DNA from: Guillardia theta CCMP2712
Lineage: Eukaryota > Protista > Cryptophyta
DNA: 64,000 nucleotides
Direction of reading: 5' to 3'
NCBI RefSeq assembly: GCF_000315625.1
Contig: NW_005434628.1
Coordinates: 164,606-228,605 of the forward strand
The position numbers and the translations under genes are program-made. Within the stretch, counting starts at the first letter, position 1. Each line of letters opens with the position of its first letter. Positions 36,378 to 48,757 of this stretch are shown in pieces. A model generated the notes under the pieces. That model saw only the letters and a program-made list of their open reading frames with translations. It did not search any database and was not told the DNA's origin.

Positions 36378-36925
36378 TCATTGTATGCTATCGAAAACTT
36401 TCTGCTTCACAATGTTGTTGAGATTTTCTCTCGAAGTGATGGCAACTGGAGTGACGTAGGCAGAAGCAACTCCACTCCTGCTCCCTCCGTCACTCAAGGA
36501 AGAGAAGGGGAGTAGGGAGTTGGGGTGGGGGCCGCAGGCGATAGTTGAAGTCAGAATGTGTATGCAGGAGAGGTGGAGGGAGGAGGGGCAGAACAAGGAG
36601 CAGGGAAAAATCATGGCCGAGGAAGCAGGGGCATGCAAATGATGGAGGGGAGTGGGGAGAAGGAAGGGAAAGGATTGGAGGGGGGGGGGGGGTGGTTGGA
36701 AGGGAGGAAGTGAGAGAGCAAGGAAGGGAGCGAAGGAGCGAAGGAAGGGGGATGGGGGATGTGAGGGACCTTCTTAAGAGCTGGACGGTGTTTTCTATGG
36801 CATCGTCCCTGCAAGGGAGAGTGAGGGAGCACAAGTGGCTTCCAGTCGCACCTCGAGATGACCAGCACGAATGTCTCCGTCCTCTTCCACTCCTCGCATT
36901 TCCTGCAGCCAGTGTTAGACCTTCC

Positions 36926-36975
<50 letters not shown>

Positions 36976-39900
36976 CCCCCCATGCTCCTGCTCCTCTCTT
37001 CCTCACCTTCCGGCAAAGAACGAGATCTCATGATCGGCTGCTTCTGGCAGGCCTGTGCTGGCACGATGGAAGCTGAAACAAGACGATGAGCGAGGAGTTG
37101 ATTTGGAGAGAAGTGAAGAGTAGAAGGGAAGAAGGAGGGAGGGTGAAGAGAGGGAGGGATGGAAGGAGGGATGGAAGGAGAAGGGAGGGAGGGAGGAGAG
37201 GGGGAGGGAGGAGAGAGGGAGGGAGGAGAGAGGGAGGGAGAAAGGAAGGAGGAGAGAGGAAGAGAGTTATCACTTCAGTGGGTTCGGCATCATTCCATCG
37301 TAGTGTCTGCTGCAAAACACTTGCACGGGATGCTTCTTGCGGATAGAGGAGGAGGGCTGTTGGTACCACTTGCTGATTATCTGGTAGCGCAAGGATCAGC
37401 CGCAAGCTCAAGGAAAGAGGAGAGATTGGTATAAACCAAAGAAACTACGAAGGGAGGAGAAGGAGAAGAGGCAAGCAAGAAGGTAAGAAGAGCAAAACGG
37501 GGCAGCAAGTTGACACGGGCAACGGGCAAGATCAACGAAGAAGAGGAAGGAAGACGAGGAGAGGAGGGATGAGCAGCAAGGAGAACAGCTTGGAAAGTAG
37601 CAAGGATTCTTCACCTTGAGAATCTTTCCGCTGTTATCCCCATCCACCAACAGCTGTACGGCAGGCGCTTTCTTGGTAACATTGTGTGCGTCCGCCCCAC
37701 CTGCTCCTCCTTCGCACGTCCTCTTCTTCTTTTCTTTCTTCCGCAACTCTGCCGCTGCGGCTCTCCGAGGACTTGTTGAGTTGAAGGCCTCGCTGGAGTT
37801 GGAGGAGGAGGTCTGGTTGACCTCCTCCCTTCCCTCGCTCATCTCGTGATTCCTCTTACGGAAGCTTGCGAGCCTGTTCTCCATCTCCCTCTGCCACACG
37901 CTCTTCCTCTCCCACCATGACATGTTCCCGTCCTCCTGGACCAGCATTGCTTCCTGCCCGCACATGCCTCCTGCTTCGACCCCCCTTCACCTCCTGCTGT
38001 TGCAACAGCTTCTGCTGCTGCAGTTTCGTTTCTCACCTCCCTCTGCCCCACCTCCCTGCTTGCTAGATGAAGTTGATGAGTTGCGACAACTTCATCCTCC
38101 ATCGTCTCCTCCTTCAGCATCGGCACATTACACATTCCTCCCTGGCCTGCCCCCACTATCTGTACAGAATCCACAGCCACTTCCTGCTCTGTGAGCCCTG
38201 CTGGCGCCTCGTGCTCTGTCTGCTTCCCTGCTCGCACTCCCTGCTCCTGCCCTTCAACCACTCTCCCCCCCGTAGATCCCTTGGGATTAAGTTCCCCGTC
38301 CCCACCCCCATCCCTCTTGTCGTCCATCGTCATCGCCTCCTTGCCTCCAGTTGCTCCTTCTAGCGCCTCCTTCTCCTCTCCTTCCTCCTCGCATTCCATC
38401 TCGTCCGTCTCCCTACACGTCCCTCCATCGCAACCTCCAGGAGCCTCCGCGAGCTTCTCGTCTGACTGCAGGCTGACGTCATTCAACTTGTATTGCTCTA
38501 GCAGGAAAGGAAGTCAGGACACTTGAAGCTCACAACACAGGCGACCTCACCGTCTTTCCCTTCATCATCATCATCGAACATGGAGATGACAGGTTCAAGT
38601 GCTTGAGTACAAGATTCTGAATGCTTGTCATTCTCTCCATCCCCTCTCTGCTGCTGCTCCTCCCCTTCCCTCCGCCCCTCCCCCCCCCTCTCCTCCTCCT
38701 GTCTCCTTTGCTCTTCCCCGCACCCCTGGCTCTCGGATGGAGCCAGCAACTCGTCATCGGCCCACGTGGTACCTCTCAACATGCTCTTGATAGTCTGCGA
38801 CTGATCTTGTGACAGCTTCGCGTTAGCTACAGGTGACAGCAGCAACCTACTGTCCTCCTCCGCAGCTCCAGACACATCTCCTTCCAGCTCTCCTTCCCTC
38901 TCATTGCCGAATCTCGAATCGTCCTCTCTGCTCGCCCACTTCTTGACATTTTTCAGCTGATCGGCGTAAAGGAGTTTGATCCCTGCTATCGCGAGCTTGC
39001 TGGCTTCCCTCTCGGCGCTCCGCTTGTTTTGCGCATCTTTCACTGTATGGACAACTCGCCCTGCAGTCACCTGCCAATGTATGAGCGATTGTCCCGTCGC
39101 CATCATCGCATCGCTGCCAAAGACATCAACACTACATCCATCGAAGCGATCAAAACTACATCCATCAAAGAGCTCATCACTATGTTCATCAAACAGCTCA
39201 TCACTACAATCATCCTAGCAAGCAGCAGCCAAGTTGAGCAAGCATTCATGCCCCACAGACTACTCTAGGGCAGGAACCTGCTCCGCAACAGAGCTCGAGA
39301 GCTCTAGAAAACGCTCGAGGCGCATACCTGACAGGCAAACCTCGGCTCATGATCAGGACCTTCTTTCGTCGTCGCGTATGATGGTTCATTCAAAGAGAGG
39401 TGCTTGCAAAGCTCCAACAGCGTCACTAGAGGCAAAACTTCAACATCCGCACATGACTTCAACACTCGGAACCTTTTGGGTTACCCCGGTGACTGTCGGC
39501 TGCACTTGATGCTCTGACATCCGCCGTTCTTTCAACTCTACTTGACGACGGCACACGACGCCCTCCTCCCGTCTTCGTCTCACTGTCTTCAGCTTTCTCC
39601 TCGCCCCTCCTCTCGCTCTCTGCATCCAGATCCTCCACCGTGAACTTCCTCCCGAACTTCGCTTCCTCCAACGCAATCAGCCTGCCCCTCTCAATCTGCG
39701 TCGACAGGTCCTCATTGGCTGCACAATCATGAGAATCCTTCCCATGAGAACGAGCGTCGCTCTACCTTGTCCCCTCGAACTCATCAGGTCCTTCTTCATC
39801 GGGGAGAAGAACCTGTCATACCCGCACTTGTGGCACCTGCAGCAAAGTGAAAACTTGCCCACAGCCACTCACTGCAGACTTGTCTCTCCTTCTGAAGTTC

Positions 39901-40153
39901 GAGCCCCCGCAGCTCGCGCATTTCCAGTCGCCTGCACCGGAGCCATCACCCCCTGACCGATCTCTCCCGCAATCTTACTGGATCCCATTTCCTGCGACCC
40001 TCCACGGAGCCTCACGACCGCGGCAGGCCGTTCCTGTGCGCGTTCAAGGACCTGCAATGGCGACATGGCCCTCTGCTCCAGCAAGCTGGTCGAATGAATG
40101 CAGCATAGCAGCACGAAGGCAGGGAGGAGGCGAAGGAATGTCCCCTCCTCCAT
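36378..40153 (-). CDS. Signal peptide + LRGG leader, RanBP2-type zinc finger, dsRBD-like motif, C-terminal PIN/NYN-like nuclease domain
   Basis: Spliced model: MEEGTFLRLLPAFVLLCCIHS..VRLRGG; DWKCASCGGSNFRRRDK|CHKCG; NKRSAEREASKLAI; QLLVDGDNS..VQVF..PEAADHEISFFAG..FVLVISR|DDAIENTVQLL. Confidence 0.75.
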
Positions 40154-40723
40154 TTCCGATCGCCTGTGTAGCATGCTCACACTCACAAGCAGACAAGGTT
40201 GTCTCACTTCATTCAAGATACGCGCGCGCGCGCTCACTCTCTCTGCTTGCTCTCTGCCTCAACTTCGTCCATGGACTCTCATGAGCTCTCCGTGAAAAAC
40301 TCTACTACTTTTCATGAACTGTTCCCTTTGTCCCAATCCCCCTCCTCCTGCATTATGCAATGTTCAGGCTCTCCTTCGTCCTCTTCCTCTTGCTCGTTAT
40401 CATCATCGCCTTCCTTCTCCTTCTCCTCCTTCTCCTCCTCCTCCTCCTTCGATCATATTTTCGTCATCGACGACGACCAGCGGAGCAGAAGTCCTTCTTG
40501 CCCTGGAGATGCAGATTGACGAAAACATCCGAGCATGCCTGCGGGTCCCATGCGTCCCGACAGCGAATACCCGGTTCTTACCTCGGGGTAGAGTCAACCA
40601 ATTGAAAATTATCTCCAAATTGTGTTGTTAAAATAGAAAATTTGATATGATTATTTGAAAATATTGTCCAAGAAGTGAAATAAAAAATCACATTCGGAGG
40701 GTGGGTCAGGGCAGCAAGCAGGC

Positions 40724-42275
40724 ATGGCGGAGTGCTGGAAAGATCTGTAAGTGAGAGGAGGAGGAGAGGGAGGGACGAGGCGGCAGCGATAGGAGATGCA
40801 AGATTAGAGGAAATGGCGAGAGGCTAGGAAGTGGTTCAAGAGTGTTGGAGCGCATGGAAGGAAGCAGTGGAAGGGAGCGACACGGCAACAATGAGGAGGA
40901 CAGTAAGCGAGGAGGAGAGACAGGAGGGAAGTGAAGAGAAGAAACGAAAGTCTTGCCCGGTGATAAACAAATCATGGAGGTGGATAATAGTTGATGCGGG
41001 AAGAGAGAGGAGGTAGAATTGTTCCGAATGTTTCGGTTACTTCCAACAGCATGCGCTGTCAATTCTGATGCAAGAATCGTTTGCAGGATCGAACGAGACG
41101 AGGGGAAGGCAGTTGCAGTCAAGGAAGCATGCAGGCTTGTCATGATGGCAGTGACCCAGGCCGTGTTCGACGACTGCTCGCATGAGATCCTGTCAGAGCA
41201 TCAAGGTAGCGTCAATTTCTTCACTCAGTTTCTCTTCCCGCACGCTGTTTCTCTTCCCGCACGCTGGCTGACTGCGACCTGGCGGGCAGCACCTGCAGCA
41301 GACAGGAGCAAGAGAGAAACTGCCGCTCGTCATGAGTCGAACCATGCAGAGCCAAGGCGGTGAGACGCTAGCTTGCCTCGGTCACGTAAGAACTGACGTC
41401 TGATCGTCTCGTGCGACCTTTGATCAGGCATGCCCGTAGCCCAACAAAGGATGATAATCATCGAGAGGACAAAGTTGAAGCTGCTCCACTGCGCTCTACT
41501 GCCTCCGAGGACAGGTTGCTGCGCTTCACCTGCATGCTGCCTCTCTGACTTGAAAGCACCCAGACAAGATCACCATAGGGAGGTACCTGACTCGTCCGCT
41601 TCCAAAGGGACCAACAGAAACAGGTGACGAAAGTGTGCGAGGATGTGAGGGTGGGGAGAGAGACGCAAGTTGCGCAGCAGAGAGGACGAGGTTGAGGGGG
41701 CTGCCGTTGGAACCCTCCTCTGCCGTGTGTTGTGTGCTCCTACCATCGCTGAACTCAATCCTCGGTAGACCCGGCGACGAGGGGGAGAGTCAGAAGTCGA
41801 GTGAGAGGAGCAAGGATCGTCAGCACCCAGAAGGAAGCAGGTGCGCTAGATCCGCTTCCTCTCAACGGGCTGCCCTCATTGCTCCCCAGGGATTTTCGTA
41901 CCCTTGATGATGGTGTGCCGTCGTCGCGTCGGGGAGCACAAGAGAAAGAGGCTTCACCGAGTCGAGGCAGGAAGCCGCAGAGGTCGAGGAGCAGAAGCAG
42001 GGGTCACTATAGGTCATCCCGAGGGAGGAGCAACGAGAGAAGCAAAGGCTACCGGCGATCCTCGAGAGAGAGGAGCAGGAGCAGGGGATATCGGCGATCC
42101 TCGAGGGAGAGAAGCAGGAGCAGGGGATATCGGCGATCCTCGAGGGAGAGGAGCAGGAGCAGGGGATATCGGCGATCCTCGAGGGAGAGAAGCAGGAGCA
42201 GGGGAAGGGATCGCAGGCAGTTCTGGAGAGATAGGTCGAGGAGCAGGAGCAGGGGATACCGTAGGGCGCCACGAG

Positions 42276-42316
<41 letters not shown>

Positions 42317-42370
42317 GGATATCGACGATCCTCGAGGGAGAGGAGCAGGAGCAGAGGAAGGGGCCAATGA
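40724..42370 (+). CDS. Protein with a C-terminal RS (Arg/Ser) repeat domain
   Basis: Last exon encodes (RGYRRSSRERSRS)n; upstream short exons have GT-AG borders; start approximate. Confidence 0.6.
42045..42360. repeat. 39-bp coding tandem repeat (RS repeat)
   Basis: gcaggagcaggggatatcggcgatcctcgagggagag recurs with a 39-nt period, plus degenerate copies. Confidence 0.9.
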
Positions 42371-42856
42371 TGGTGGACAGAACTGTGATCTGGGTGAATA
42401 TCAGGAGGCCATGAATCCCGAGGCTGGACCTCCCGTACTACAGATGTCCCAGTAATTCAGTGAACTTCGGAATGACTTTTACTTTCCGCTGAGCGATCTA
42501 GCCATAACGTGGTCACTGTAAAGTTCCGAGCAGTGAAGTGAGTCAACACAGGACTGGAGGATGTCTCGCCCAATCTCACACAGTTGTACTGAGAATGAAG
42601 GCGTGCCAGTATGGCTCATTGAATCGCCGATGACCAGTCCGGGCCCGGCGCTCCCGCCGCGGCTAAATCAGGGGATCAACTTAGCAGTGAGCTACTCGCG
42701 AAAAGTTGAAGGGACCTTCAACAACAACTTCATAAGATATCAACTTTCTCGTCATTTGCCCGGCTGACGCAGCAATGAATGCAAACAAAGAGCATCCCAC
42801 TCCCAGCTGCCTGAACCCCGACGGCTCCCAGTCCAGCAGACGCACTGCAGACGCGC

Positions 42857-43195
42857 TTGCTCAAGTTTCTCCTCACACTGAGTCTCTCAGCAGCACTACT
42901 GTACCATCTAGGACGAATTCACCCGCATCAGCCTCGCTCTTCCTTGACAGCATCTCCAGGCCGCAACCAGCTTGAAGCCCTCTTGCCAACCTCTCGTTGC
43001 TTCATGCGGGCCACATCGCAAGCTGCCAGCCCGTTGATTCGTCAAGTGCAGCCGGCAGGGAGCAGATGTGATGCCATGAAGGGAGGTGTGGCAAGCCATG
43101 CAGAACGACGACTTCGAAACTGCCAGGTTGGCTTCGAGATTGCTCAAAGAGAAAGGGTCAAGCCGAGGCTACGACTCGAGCTCAAGAGCGCATGA
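42857..43195 (+). CDS. Small hypothetical protein with a C-terminal RRxRNxQVGxxIAxxE motif; 5' end uncertain
   Basis: Ends ..ERRLRNCQVGFEIAQRERVKPRLRLELKSA*; motif shared with the convergent ORF. Confidence 0.5.
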   Translation: MLKFLLTLSLSAALLYHLGRIHPHQPRSSLTASPGRNQLEALLPTSRCFMRATSQAASPLIRQVQPAGSRCDAMKGGVASHAERRLRNCQVGFEIAQRERVKPRLRLELKSA

Positions 43196-43556
43196 GCGCG
43201 TCAGATCAGCTCTGCAAGTGACAACTCTTCCTTCGCTCCATCTTTGCAATTCATTATGTGTGTAATGATAGGTTTTTCCTCTCTCTTGGTTCTATTACAG
43301 GGTCTGTTTCGTGTCAACGTGCAAGAACATACGATGATGTTGACTATGAGGTGATTTTGCACCGAGATGATCACCGCAATGCCAAGAAGGAGTTTGGGGA
43401 AGGATATGATTTTTTATTATATCACACAGATTCTACAATGTAGAAACGCTCAAGTTAGTTTCAAGACGATTTCTCACAAAAAGGTTATTCGTACTCATCG
43501 GTTAATCAAGTTTTCAGTCGCACTTTAAGGCGATTCGTTGCCGTACCCCACCCATC

Positions 43557-44117
43557 TCACAAGTGAACCGTAATGAACCTTGCCAGGGGTCGGCTCTCCT
43601 CCCTTGCTATCTGCACTCCTACTTGACGGTTCCGCATTCTTCGGGCGATGATGCTCTTCTCATACTCTGACATCTCCTCGTCATGTCCAAATCCCGTCAG
43701 AGCGTGCAGTATGTTGTCTGAGCACGAGCGGGTCATTCCTCTATTTGGCATATTCACATCCACTCGCGTTTGCTGGAGGTCTGTAGCAGAGCTGCTCCTC
43801 ATCATTGAGGAAAGATCAGATCCAGGATCGGACATGCATGCGCTTCCTGGCCTCGACCTCAAGAATCTCTTCGGAGGGGGATGATAAGTCGCGCGTCGAG
43901 GCGACGAAACCTTCTCATCCTTGTGAACTTGGGGGAGATTGAAAACAACATTGACGGCGCAGTCGTTGTCGATCACTTGGATATCCCTGGCCTGCATCAT
44001 GAATTTGTCTCCCTTGCCCTGCATCTTCAGTCTTCGTCCTTCTGTCGTGTTTCTTCTCTCGTGGGAGCGATTGTTGTTGCTCGCCTGCTGTCCTTTTATA
44101 ACGAAACACAATTGCAT
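43557..44117 (-). CDS. Intronless small hypothetical protein with a C-terminal RRxRNxQVGxxIAxxE motif
   Basis: 186-aa complex-sequence ORF ending ..ARRMRNRQVGVQIAREESRPLARFITVHL*. Confidence 0.6.
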   Translation of the reverse strand: MQLCFVIKGQQASNNNRSHERRNTTEGRRLKMQGKGDKFMMQARDIQVIDNDCAVNVVFNLPQVHKDEKVSSPRRATYHPPPKRFLRSRPGSACMSDPGSDLSSMMRSSSATDLQQTRVDVNMPNRGMTRSCSDNILHALTGFGHDEEMSEYEKSIIARRMRNRQVGVQIAREESRPLARFITVHL

Positions 44118-44469
44118 CCCATCACTTGTATGTTTTAAAGTCGCCCCGCGTCTGACGACCGAAAGGGATAGTTTTCGTATCTGAGCTGTGAAACGTTGAT
44201 TCTTAAGAGAGTCACAGAAAGCTCCAGGGCCGAAGAAGGTGGAGTTGGCTTCCGAGGCGCTGGGCGCTGTTCACGAGACCACCACCTTGACTCTACCGTG
44301 ATCATACCCAAGTACCGGTCCTTTGAAGAGGAATTACATACACCCCTGGTACACGAGGCTCGAGATTGATATTTGAATTGACAGAGAACAAGAACCTGTC
44401 AATATTATAACCCTTTTAACTTTGAGTAAACTGATTATAATAGCCCCCAAGGTTTACAGCTCCCTTCGC

Positions 44470-45545
44470 TGCCGCTGAGTCAAGCTTGTGGCTTACACGG
44501 TGAGTGACAGTAGTAGTAATAACGTCTTTCGTCTGCGTCGGACCTCAACTCCGGTGAGATATCCTGTGCCGTCATGATCGGACATATCCGGTAACGTGAC
44601 TACAATGCCAGTTTCCTTATGAGTCCCTGTCGGTGAGCTCGGAGGTGGTCCCGGCGGAGCCCGTGCCACACTCGGAACCAGGGGCGGCGGGCCGGCCCTG
44701 AGGCTCCCGACGGTACTGCTATCCGACCCTCCGACATCAAAGATTCCGGAGTGAGATGCCGTCCAGGCAGAGGCGAGGACTTTGAACTTCCGCAACTCAA
44801 CTGAAGGCCGCCCGGCTACTGGAGGCGGATGGCATGCCGGGTTAATCCTGGACTCTTCAGCATGTCACATGTTTTTGACAATGATGGTTGAATACCGGAC
44901 CGTCTCGCTCGGAGCAAACTGCAAGCAGCAGCACAGCGGACTCCCGGAAGATCCGAGGGCATCGTCATGCATCACGGTGCTCAGCACGTCCTGCCAACCT
45001 GAGGCCTTTCTTCCCATCATTGCCAGCACTGATGGACTCTTGCAGGATGATGCGTTGCGCTCAATTCTGTGGTACGGTCGCTGGCGGATCATCCGATCGC
45101 TCGGCGGACCGTCGCAAGGTTGTATGCGTCTCACTGGCAAGTTCCGCTGTCACATAGGAAGTGAAGGTATCATCAGTTAAGTTTGGGGGAAAGCAGTCGG
45201 CAGGATTAGGTTTGGTTCTTGCTGTCTTTTCTCTCCTCGCGGCGTTTGGCCCAGTGGACAGTGACCGCGACAGTGTCAGGGTCAAGCCTCCTCGACTCTG
45301 ACCTGTTTGTCCTCGTACTGATCTTTAACTTAACTTTGAGTAAAGGCTATCCGATCGATCAGGGCCCGTCCGAGTCACGGGGGCCGGCGGTCCGGCGACC
45401 ACGGCAGTTGAGGCGGACCCGAGCCCAGGCTCGACTCGGCGTGACGGTCGACTCGCCTCGGACCGGCGGCGTCGGACTCAGTAAACTGGCACCCGCGGCC
45501 GCCGGGCCCGCCGCTGCCTTGCTATCAATTTTGTGCTGTCCGAGT
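44470..45545. other. GC-rich intergenic island (type A) between divergent genes
   Basis: GAGTC/GACTC cluster (5 within 45360-45550); reverse complement of CGATCGGATGATCC at 45086. Confidence 0.6.
44890..45080 (+). pseudogene. Possible degenerate fragment of a non-LTR retrotransposon restriction-like endonuclease C-terminus
   Basis: Across frameshifts reads LQAAAQR/KIRGHRHA/AFLPIIASTDGLLQDDALR, resembling the AA..K..KY...F.P...T.G pattern. Recalled by eye only. Confidence 0.35.
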
Positions 45546-45799
45546 CTATGCAGGTGAGTTGCGGGGAAAGCTTGTTGGCAGGGAGGAGGGGGGAGGGGGG
45601 GGAGATGCGCAGGGGGGGGTGAGGAAGAGGAAGAGGAAGAGGTAGGGGAAGAGGCAGAGAGGAAGATGGTGCAATGCAAATTCCGCAAGGAAGAGAAGAA
45701 AAGCGGGAGGGGCATGTCCCTTGTATGACCGTCTCTTACTCCCTCGCTTTGCTTGGCTTCCTACTGCGCTGAGCTGACGCGTTGAGGGCAGGCGCCATC

Positions 45800-48689
45800 A
45801 TGAACGGTGACGAGCTAGATGATGCTCCGGTTTTAATCGACATGGAAGAAGTCCGCAATCTTGAGATGTCAGAGCAAACGCAGCTCGAGGCCAGCGACTC
45901 CCATGAGCCGGGCAGGGAGATCGAGGCGTCTCTGTTGAGCTTGCTCGAGAGGTTCGCGCTCAGAGCACATGCTGCTGTAGAACGAGAGTCTTATTGGAGC
46001 ACCGCAGGTGCAGGACGATCGAAGAACTCGGGAAGCTGTCGAATGCAGTGCACAGGATCCACAGCTTCCTGGATGACGAGCTCGCTTCCAGGAGCTGCCC
46101 GGACCTCTCGGCAGACGAGGACATGGCAAGGAAGCTGCAGTACGAGTTGGAGAACGAGGATATCAGGCTGCAGGTGGAGATGATCGAGATGCGAAGCAAG
46201 CGACTTACGCCATCACAGAACGAGAGGCAGCTCGAGAACTCGAGGCTGTTCCAAGACTTCCTGGAGCAGGAGAGGACATGCCAGGTATGGCCCGACACCT
46301 CCGGGGCATGCCTCTCCTGAAGTCCCTTGCTGGGCAGGTTTGCGAGACCAGGTGCGATGCTGCCGAGATCGGCCGCAGCGTCCAACAGGTTGATTGCGGT
46401 CACCATGTCTGCGCAAGGTAGGAGGATGACCAGAAAGACAAGACTGCCCCATCGTTGTCCTAACGCATTTGACCTGTGTCGCTCCCTGACTGCATGCTCC
46501 ATCCGCTGCTCTGACAGCCTCTACTTTGTCTTCTCCCCTCGCTCCTCTTCCTCTCTCCATCCATCATCGTATCCTCCTGACGCTGTCTCTGTAGCTGCTT
46601 CAAGCAATTTGTGGATCAGCGGGAGCCGAGTCGGCAGACAGACTACGTATGTCCCATAGAGGGATGCGGCGAGCTCCTACATCAGATGAATGTACAGTCG
46701 TCCCTTCCCTTCCCTTCCCTTCCCTTTCCTCCCGAGCCCTTACCTCGCATTCCCTCCTCTTCCATTCCCTTCCTCCCCCCTCTCTCTCTCTCCGCTCTCT
46801 TCAGGGCTCGAGGTGATTCTCGGGGGTCCAGGTGAAAGGTCTGCTCCCTGCTGAAGACTTCGACAAGTATGTCTCGCTGCAGATCTTGGACATTGACGGT
46901 GAGCCCGCCCCTGATGGAGCGATTGCATGAGCAAGTGGGGCAGACGGCTCTGCGACCATCGCCGGGAAGCTCGTGAAATGCCCGATGAAGTGAGAAACTT
47001 CGCCTTCATAGTGCCTCCTTCTCCTCTTGAAACACCTCCCTGCTATAGCCACTCCTCCTCTCTTTCCCTGCTTTCTTCCTTCTTTTCTCTCCTCGTCCTC
47101 CTCGTCCTCGTCCTCGTCCTCCTCGTCCTCCTCCTCCTCCTCCTCCTCCTCCTCCTCCTCCTCCTCCTCCTCCTCCTCCTCCTCCTCCTCCTATGTCACT
47201 ACACGGCCTGATACCTCCACCAACAGCTGCGGTTGGGCTGTTATCATGGAGCCCTCGCACCAAGACAGGCAGCTCCCCCCTCACTGGAACAAGATGATCG
47301 GGATAGACGGCAAGCCGCTCTCCGAAGAAGCCTTCCGGCACCGCATGACGTACCGGTTCCGGTGCCGAAAATGCCCGGACACGGACTTCTGCGCCGAGTG
47401 CCTAGCGACGCCCTACCACAACGGGTTCACGTGGTGTGTACTGTGGGGTGTGCGAGGAGGAAGGCGACTGAGGCTTGCGGCTGCAGTGAGGGGTTCGTGA
47501 GGTACAGCAGATCCCGCAAGTGCCGCTACTGCGATGTTCAGATCACCAAGTCCGTCAGCCGGGAGAGGATGAATGACGTTAGCTACTTGCAGGTGCGAGA
47601 CTGGAGAGCTTGCTTTCACGTGCTCTGAACCTGTGATCCTCCTCCCCTCTCACCGTCCTCCTACATCTCACCACCTTCTCTGTTCCCTTCTCTGCCCCAC
47701 TCCTCCTTCCCCCCCCCCTCCTCTCTTTCTTTCGTTCCTGCAGAGGATTCTAAGGGACAGATTGTACGACGTCAACCAATCCTCTCAGACCATCGCAAGT
47801 TTACAGCATCTTGTCCAATTGACCGATCCCCTCTCAAACCTGTGTGAAGGTATCGATCTTTTTCTAACCTCCTTACCCTCCTTTCCTCCTCCTCTTCCTC
47901 CCTCCCTCCCTCCCTCCCTCCCGTCCCCTCCTCTATTGCCACGTGACGATGCTGGATCAGCCAATGAGTGCCAGCAGAAGGCAAGACAAGGCTGCTGCTG
48001 CATCCTCCCTTGCGGGCATGTCTGTCTGGGACTGCGAGGAGAGCGACAGTGTCTTGGCTGCCTGCAGTGCGAGGAGATGCAGGGAGCAGAGGAGGTGAAA
48101 GTCGCCGCCAGCGATCTCTGCAGCATCTGCTGGGTCGAAGAGCTCCGCTGTGCTCCCTGCATCAGACTCGAGTGCGGACATGGTAAGCTAGTGAGGGGAG
48201 CGAGGAAGAGGAGGGAAGGAGAGGAGGGAGAGGAGAGGTGCAAGGGAGAGAGATACGGGGAAGCAGTGCTATGGAGGAGAGAAGTTGGGCAGGAAGGATA
48301 CAGAGGGAAAGTTGAGATGTTTTGGGAGGGGGAGAGATCGGGAGCAGAGAGGTACGGGAGGCATTAGGAGGTGCGAGGGCAGAAGGCTATGGACGAAAGA
48401 GGAGGCAGAGGAGGAGGAGAGTGACGGTAGCTATTTCAGTATTCCACTACTCGTGTGTAGTTTCGAAGATCAAGAACTTGTGGTCGGGGGTTCGGATCAC
48501 CTTTGGATTCTTGGAATGCCCCCTGTGCAAGAAGCACATGAAGGTGAGACGGTCAAGTCTGAGGCCCCCGCTGCCTGTGAAGCCCCAAGGTCGAGGAGGG
48601 AGTGAAGACGTGCCAACAGGCAAAGGCGATCGAAGACATTATAAAGCCCGGGCTGGAGCTTTACCAGGTGAGGGAGCAGGAGCATGGAA

Positions 48690-48757
<68 letters not shown>

